Assembly: GCA_040954595.2 (NCBI GenBank)
Contig: CM082598.2
Location: 5,285,097 to 5,349,096 of the forward strand
DNA length: 64,000 nucleotides
Source: Balanoglossus misakiensis
Taxonomy: Eukaryota > Animalia > Hemichordata
Reading direction: 5' to 3'
Shown here piece after piece: positions 62,401 to 64,000 of the stretch. Below the pieces are notes generated by a model. It was given only the letters and a program-made list of their open reading frames with translations, had not been told where the DNA came from and made no database searches. The position numbers and the translations under genes are program-made. Positions within the stretch are counted from its first letter, which is position 1. The number at the start of each line of letters is the position of its first letter.

Positions 62401-64000
62401 GATTTTCATGGGCTATAACCCATGGTTTTAATCAAAAAATGACCAAATTTTCATAATTCGCAAAGTCGAAAAATCGTCGATTTTGGACGATTTTCATGGG
62501 CTATAACCCATGGTTTTTATCAAAAAATGACCAAATTTTCATAATTCGCAAAGTCGAAAAATCGTCGATTTTGGACGATTTTCATGGGCTATAACCCATG
62601 GTTTTTATCAAAAAATGACCAAATTTTCATAATTCGCAAAGTCGAAAAATCGTCGATTTTGGACGATTTTCATGGGCTATAACCCATGGTTTTAATCAAA
62701 AAATGACCAAATTTTCATAATTCGCAAAGTCGAAAAATCGTCGATTTTGGACGATTTTCATGGGCTATAACCCATGGTTTTTATCAAAAAATGACAAAAT
62801 TTTCCTAATTCGCAAAGTCGAAAAATCGTCGATTTTGGACGATTTTCATGGGCTATAACCCATGGTTTTTATCAAAAAATGACAAAATTTTCATAATTCG
62901 CAAAGTCGAAAAATCGTCGATTTTGGACGATTTTCATGGGCTATAACCCATGGTTTTCATCAAAAAATGACCAAATTTTAATAATTCGCAAAGTCGAAAA
63001 ATCGTCGATTTTGGACGATTTTCATGGGCTATAACCCATGGTTTTTATCAAAAAATGACCAAATTTTCATAATTCGCAAAGTCGAAAAATCGTCGATTTT
63101 GGACGATTTTCATGGGCTATAACCCATGGTTTTTATCAAAAAATGACCAAATTTTCATAATTCGCAAAGTCGAAAAATCGTCGATTTTGGACGATTTTCA
63201 TGGGCTATAACCCATGGTTTTTATCAAAAAATGACCAAATTTTCATTATTCGCAAAGTCGAAAAATCGTCGATTTTGGACGATTTTCATGGGCTATAACC
63301 CATGGTTTTTATCAAAAAATGACCAAATTTTCATAATTCGCAAAGTCGAAAAATCGTCGATTTTGGACGATTTTCATGGGCTATAACCCATGGTTTTTAT
63401 CAAAAAATGACCAAATTTTCATTATTCGCAAAGTCGAAAAATCGTCGATTTTGGACGATTTTCATGGGCTATAACCCATGGTTTTTATCAAAAAATGACC
63501 AAATTTTCATTAGTCGCAAAGTCGAAAAATCGTCGATTTTGGACGATTTTCATGGGCTATAACCCATGGTTTTTATCAAAAAATGACCAAATTTTCATAA
63601 TTCGCAAAGTCGAAAAATCGTCGATTTTGGACGATTTTCATGGGCTATAACCCATGGTTTTAATCAAAAAATGACCAACTTTTCATAATTCGCAAAGTCG
63701 AAAAATCGTCGATTTTGGACGATTTTCATGGGCTATAACCCATGGTTTTTATCAAAAAATGACAAAATTTTCCTAATTCGCAAAGTCGAAAAATCGTCGA
63801 TTTTGGACGATTTTCATGGGCTATAACCCATGGTTTTTATCAAAAAATGACCAAATTTTCATTATTCGCAAAGTCGAAAAATCGTCGATTTTGGACGATT
63901 TTCATGGGCTATAACCCATGGTTTTAATCAAAAAATGACCAAATTTTCATAATTCGCAAAGTCGAAAAATCGTCGATTTTGGACGATTTTCATGGGCTAT
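56413..64000. repeat. Satellite II: 88-bp tandem array (about 86 monomers, continuing past the window end)
   Basis: Consensus ATGACCAAATTTTCATAATTCGCAAAGTCGAAAAATCGTCGATTTTGGACGATTTTCATGGGCTATAACCCATGGTTTTTATCAAAAA; period checked at 60151 to 60239. Confidence 0.98.

Noticed and set aside
55709-64000. CRISPR-like appearance (palindromic repeat with intervening sequence)
   Set aside because: The intervening sequences are near-identical rather than unique spacers, there are no cas genes, and the context is eukaryotic; this is satellite DNA.
1-64000. Autonomous transposase, reverse transcriptase, tRNA or rRNA genes
   Set aside because: None were recognisable in the ORF track or by eye; all mobile elements seen are short and non-coding.

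Overview
Eukaryotic (animal) genomic DNA with GT-AG introns, microsatellites and many MITEs. Gene content and repeat style suggest a marine invertebrate, possibly a non-vertebrate deuterostome such as a hemichordate; this is inference only. All five genes are on the + strand: (1) the 3' four exons of a cytosolic sulfotransferase (209-3118); (2) a laccase-type multicopper oxidase (5757-10638, first exon not located); (3,4) a tandem pair of strongly divergent six-exon nicotinic-type Cys-loop channel subunits (11739-16299, frameshifted by a 4-bp duplication; 18837-24065, intact); (5) a 22-exon phospholipase D1-type gene (32323-53080). Introns hold at least seven non-autonomous DNA-transposon families, including one three-element nest. 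About 2.6 kb after the PLD stop the sequence switches to satellite DNA: a short 106-bp (79+27) array, then an 88-bp array with 9-, 10- and 17-monomer higher-order duplications running off the window end. The best candidates for new biology are the non-alpha receptor pair with unusual pore and binding-loop residues, the oxidase with altered copper-site motifs, and the layered satellite. Exon boundaries were read by hand from splice signals and reading-frame continuity; no database searches were run.
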